This document shows positions 32,373 to 35,700 of a stretch of DNA of 35,700 nucleotides, piece after piece (the first letter of the stretch is position 1; each line of letters starts with the position of its first letter). The notes under the pieces are model-generated. The model saw only the letters and a list, made by a program, of their open reading frames with translations. It was not told where the DNA came from and made no database searches. This DNA is from an uncultured Candidatus Peribacteria bacterium (lineage in GTDB: Bacteria; Patescibacteriota; Gracilibacteria; BD1-5; UBA2023): the NCBI GenBank assembly GCA_964430065.1, contig CAYSEP010000002.1, forward strand, positions 10,973 to 46,672. The letters are read 5' to 3'. A program made the translations under genes and the position numbers.

Positions 32373-33575
32373 ATGCTTCACCGCATTCTTCCCATCATCG
32401 TCCTTCTCCTTGTCATACTTGATACGACAGTGCTTTTTGGATTCGGAGGGTCTGGGCCACTTGCAGGTTTTGTGATTTCGATGAAGCCCTTTGCTTACGG
32501 TATAGTCCTCATCGGACTTCCTCTCCTCTACTTTATCGTCTATAAGGCGTATATCGGACCTGTACAGCGACTCAATCAGAGCATCGCGAAGTTCATGACG
32601 GGGATCGACGAAGAGCCCAACCTCGAAGCGAATAGCTGGAGCAAAGGAATGAACTATATTATTAATTTCTTCATAAAAAGTCTCCAAATTCTGAAAGTCT
32701 TCAAACAAGAACTCCGTGATGGTCGAAAACTCCGCTCAGAAGTCGAGATCGCCTCAGAAATCCAGAAGCGAGTGATCGCGAGTGAGACGAGTATCGTCCC
32801 ATCTCTGGAGATCGCCATGGCGAGTTGTCCCGCATCTGAAGTGGGAGGGGATTCACTCGATATCATCCCTGGAAAAAATGGAAACTACTATATCTATGTC
32901 GGTGATGTGACATGACACGGGGTTCCGAGTGGATTCGTCATGATGATGGTGAATGCTCTGGTATCAGCATTTGTCGTATCGGAAGAGAGTAGTGCTCGAG
33001 TCCTCTCCGAGACGAACCGCATCCTGAAGCCTCGTATCAAGCAAAATATGATGATGACCTGTGTCATGCTTCGCTGGAATGAACCACACAAGATGCTCTA
33101 CTATACAGGAGGCTGACATGAGTATCTTCTCGTCTATAAAGCAAAGGAGAATAAAGTCTACAAAATAAAATCAGGTTGAGTCGCCCTTGGTATGGTTCGA
33201 GATTCTTCGAAAGCGATGATAGAGCAACAGATCCTCTTCGAGAAAGAAGATATCATCATCCTCTATACTGACGGCATCACGGAAGCTCGCTACCGCAGTG
33301 AACAAAATTGACTTCTTTTCGGAATCGATAGAATAGTCGAGTCCATAATGAAAGTGGAGGTAAAAACGGCAGAAAACATATTCCGTCATCTCACTATAGA
33401 TCTCTCCTCGTTCATGGGATACAAGCACAAACAATACGACGATATCACTCTCTTCGTCGCTCGAAATGTGGGCTCCTGAGGTATCACTCTCTCCTCTATT
33501 CCCGACGCGATAGATCCTGCGAACATTACCGAATGGAACTGGTGAAAAAAACTCGCAGAACCAAAAATACTCTAA
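32373..33575 (+). CDS. Membrane-anchored PP2C/SpoIIE-family serine phosphatase with a HAMP-like linker
   Basis: It has two N-terminal TM helices and a HAMP-like YIGPVQRLNQSIAKFMTG. PPM motifs are EIASEIQKRV, SEVGGDSLDI, YVGDVT-TGA-HGVPSGFVM and ILYTDGITEA. There are 6 in-frame TGA. The start lies 15 nt after the upstream stop. Confidence 0.8.
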
Positions 33576-33587
33576 AAAATTTCTCTC

Positions 33588-35555
33588 ATGGCGGTCCCTT
33601 CTCTCGCAGAACTCATCACGAAAAACTACACCGGAGATGTCGAATGACTCGAATCTCGGGGAGTGAATTTCGTCGCGTCTTCGTGAGAAACCATGGTAGC
33701 GTCTCTAGCAGAGCCAGAAGACATCACTCCACAAATAGTGACTCTTCCTTCGCCAACTTCGACACCTTCGCCAGTCACTGTCGATCTCGAGGATCCGACT
33801 CGTAAACTCTCGAAAGAAGAAGCAGAAGAGCTCAAAAAAACGGAAAAAGAATATAAAGAAGCTCTCGCCTTCATAAAGGATATGATCGCTCCTGCGATGA
33901 TGCGTATCGATGCGACGAAGCTCCAGATCGGGGATACCTATATCCGCACGATATTTACCTATGCATACCCCGATGTACTCGAAGGGAACTGGCTCTCACC
34001 GCTCATAAACTGGGATGTGAAGTTCGATGTATCGATGTTCATCTACCCTATCGACTCTTCTCGTGTCATGAAGTATCTGAGAAAGCGTCTCACGCAACTT
34101 CGCTCTCAGTACGCGATCAACCGTGAGAAATGACTCATCAGCGATCCGCACCTCGACGCACAGATGCAAGATGTCGAAGAACTTCAGGTTTCACTGACTC
34201 GTGGTCAGGAGAAATACTTCCACTTCTCGCTCTACGTCACGACGTATGCAGAAAGCGAAGAAGAGATGAAGCGCCTCTCGAATACGCTCGATGTCATGCT
34301 TGCAGGGCGTAATATCCTCACGAAACAATCATTTCTCCGTTCCGAACAAGGATTCGTCGCGACAGGTCCGTTTGCTCGAGACGAGGTGAATGTCTTTCGA
34401 AATATATCCACAAAAGGTCTTTCGACGACTTTCCCTTTCAGTTCCAATAGCCTTTCGCAGGATGATGGTATATTCTATGGAATCAATACTCATAATAATT
34501 CGCTTATCATCTTCGATAGATTCAAAACAGAAAATGCGAATATGTGTGTCTTCGCGAAATCTGGATGAGGAAAGTCATTTGCTGTGAAGCTCGAGATCCT
34601 CCGCGCCCTCATGCTCGGGACGGATGTCATCGTCCTCGATCCAGAGAATGAATATCGTGCTCTCGTCGATACTGTCGGAGGAACATATCTGAATATCAAT
34701 CTAAACTCTGATGAGCGGATCAATCCATTTGACCTTCCACGAGGACTCAAAGACACAGAAGCACACCCAGGAGATCTCCTGCGCGGTGCGGTCGTGAATA
34801 TGCTCGGACTCCTCCATCTTATGCTCGGAGTTATCACTCCTTCCGAAGAAGCGCTTCTCGAACGAGGACTGATCACTACCTACTCACTGAAGGGGATCAC
34901 CATGGAAGATGACTCTGCAGAAGGGAAAGAAATCCCACTCATGAAAGACCTTCTCTCTGTCCTGGAGACGATGGACTGAGCTCGCGGGCTTGTCGAGCGT
35001 CTCGACAAATATGTCACAGGAATATTTGCTGGAGTTTTCTCGGAACATACGAATGTGAACCTGAAAGATGGACTCGTCGTCTTCTCGGTCCGAGATCTCG
35101 ATGATATCCTCCGACCGATCGCTATGTATATCCTCCTTGGCTACGTGTGGAATATCGCTCGTTCCTCTGAGAAAAAACGTATGCTCGTCGTGGATGAAGC
35201 GTGGAATATCATGCAGTACGAAGACTCTGCGAAGTTCCTCTTCGGTCTCGTGAAACGTGCTCGTAAATACGGACTCGGTGTCACGACGATCACACAGGAT
35301 GTCGAAGACTTCATGACGAACCAGTATGGGAAAGCGATCGTGACCAACTCCTCGATCCAACTCCTCTTGAAGCAGTCTCCTGCCTCGATCGATGTCCTCC
35401 AGGATGTCTTCAAGCTCACGGAACAAGAGAAATATATCCTCCTGAATGCCTGAGTCGGTACAGGACTCTTCTTCGCCTGAGGAGAACATGTCGGTATCCA
35501 GATCCTTGCTTCGTACTTCGAAGAGAAGATCATCACCACGAAGCCGAATGTGTAA
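33588..35555 (+). CDS. VirB4/TrbE/TraC-like type IV secretion ATPase
   Basis: The frame joins track ORFs 33693.., 34164.., 34584.. and 35055.. through TGA. Walker A is VFAKSG-TGA-GKSFAVK (TGA at 34566-34568), followed by VIVLDPENEY. Walker B is MLVVDEAWNIM, then GVTTITQDVEDF. The start is either 33588 or 33693. Confidence 0.82.
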
Positions 35556-35562
35556 ACTATAG

Positions 35563-35592
35563 AAAAATCCCCCGCAATCGCAGGGGATTTTT
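35563..35592. terminator. Hairpin terminator after the VirB4-like gene; it may also serve the converging minus-strand ORF
   Basis: AAAAATCCCCCGC, loop AATC, GCAGGGGATTTTT (one mismatch), flanked by A and T runs. It begins 8 nt after the stop at 35553-35555. Confidence 0.7.
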
Positions 35593-35598
35593 AGATTT

Positions 35599-35700
35599 TT
35601 ACGCTCCTCTCTTTTCGCACTCAGGGGTGAGGCGAGAGAGTGTGGCTATTATGTGTTTGGGTTTTTGTGTCCCTCAGCGCACGTCGACGACGTGGTAATT
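35599..35700 (-). CDS. Possible 3' end of a converging CDS that continues beyond the window
   Basis: The open frame reads ...NYHVVDVR-G-GTQKPKHIIATLSRLTPECEKRGA, stop at 35599-35601, just before the shared hairpin. It is too short to identify. Confidence 0.3.

Noticed and set aside
29340-35555. Calling the VirD4/VirB4-like genes an integrative conjugative element or plasmid remnant.
   Set aside because: I saw no integrase, relaxase, tRNA target, direct repeats or compositional break in the window. Flanking genes are core housekeeping genes, and the over-represented genomic motif also occurs inside these genes (32335, 33757, 34172, 35300). This argues for long residence in this genome.
1-35700. 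TGA=Trp (translation table 4, as in Mollicutes) as the alternative reassignment.
   Set aside because: The TGA positions align with invariant glycines (LSGGE, GGRC, DMxGAA, GDVxGHG, FPGGQGGP). TGG is used for Trp in the same genes.

Overview
This is a chromosomal window from a bacterium that reads TGA as glycine (translation table 25, Gracilibacteria/Absconditabacteria-type CPR lineage). The supplied standard-code ORF track breaks almost every gene at in-frame TGA. Re-read by hand with TGA=Gly, the window resolves into about 23 tightly packed CDSs. I found no rRNA, tRNA, CRISPR array, transposase or integrase.

Gene content in order:
- sufC (partial).
- A 977-aa SLH-anchored S-layer-type protein with a near-consensus promoter, a roughly 290-nt hairpin-rich leader and a strong terminator.
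- rny, an Lgt-like protein and comEC.
- A hypothetical protein, glyA and an S41 Ctp protease.
- Three unknown genes: a small ORF, a coiled-coil/TM protein with GspF/PilC-like N-terminal repeats, and a polytopic membrane protein.
- pepA, comF and uvrA.
- A 1,968-aa giant surface protein with 11 DUF5011-like Ig repeats, two S-layer-like cassettes and C-terminal SLH domains.
- trxB, a bPH-type membrane protein, tsaB and comM.
- A T4SS-like trio: a 1,005-aa VirD4/TraG-like ATPase, a membrane HAMP-PP2C phosphatase and a 655-aa VirB4-like ATPase.

Most interesting observations:
1. The TGA=Gly recoding itself.
2. The 8-mer TGTCGAAG (extended form TGTCGAAGTTG) occurs at least 25 times, on both strands and in all three reading frames of housekeeping genes. 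It is absent from both surface-protein genes. With competence genes in the same window, it is a candidate uptake or architecture signal.
3. The minimal T4SS-ATPase pair brackets a PP2C phosphatase.
4. The giant mosaic adhesin shares cassettes with the S-layer gene and has a local TGA-codon hot zone, while the S-layer gene has no TGA at all.

All coordinates and counts come from hand translation and scanning, not from database searches.
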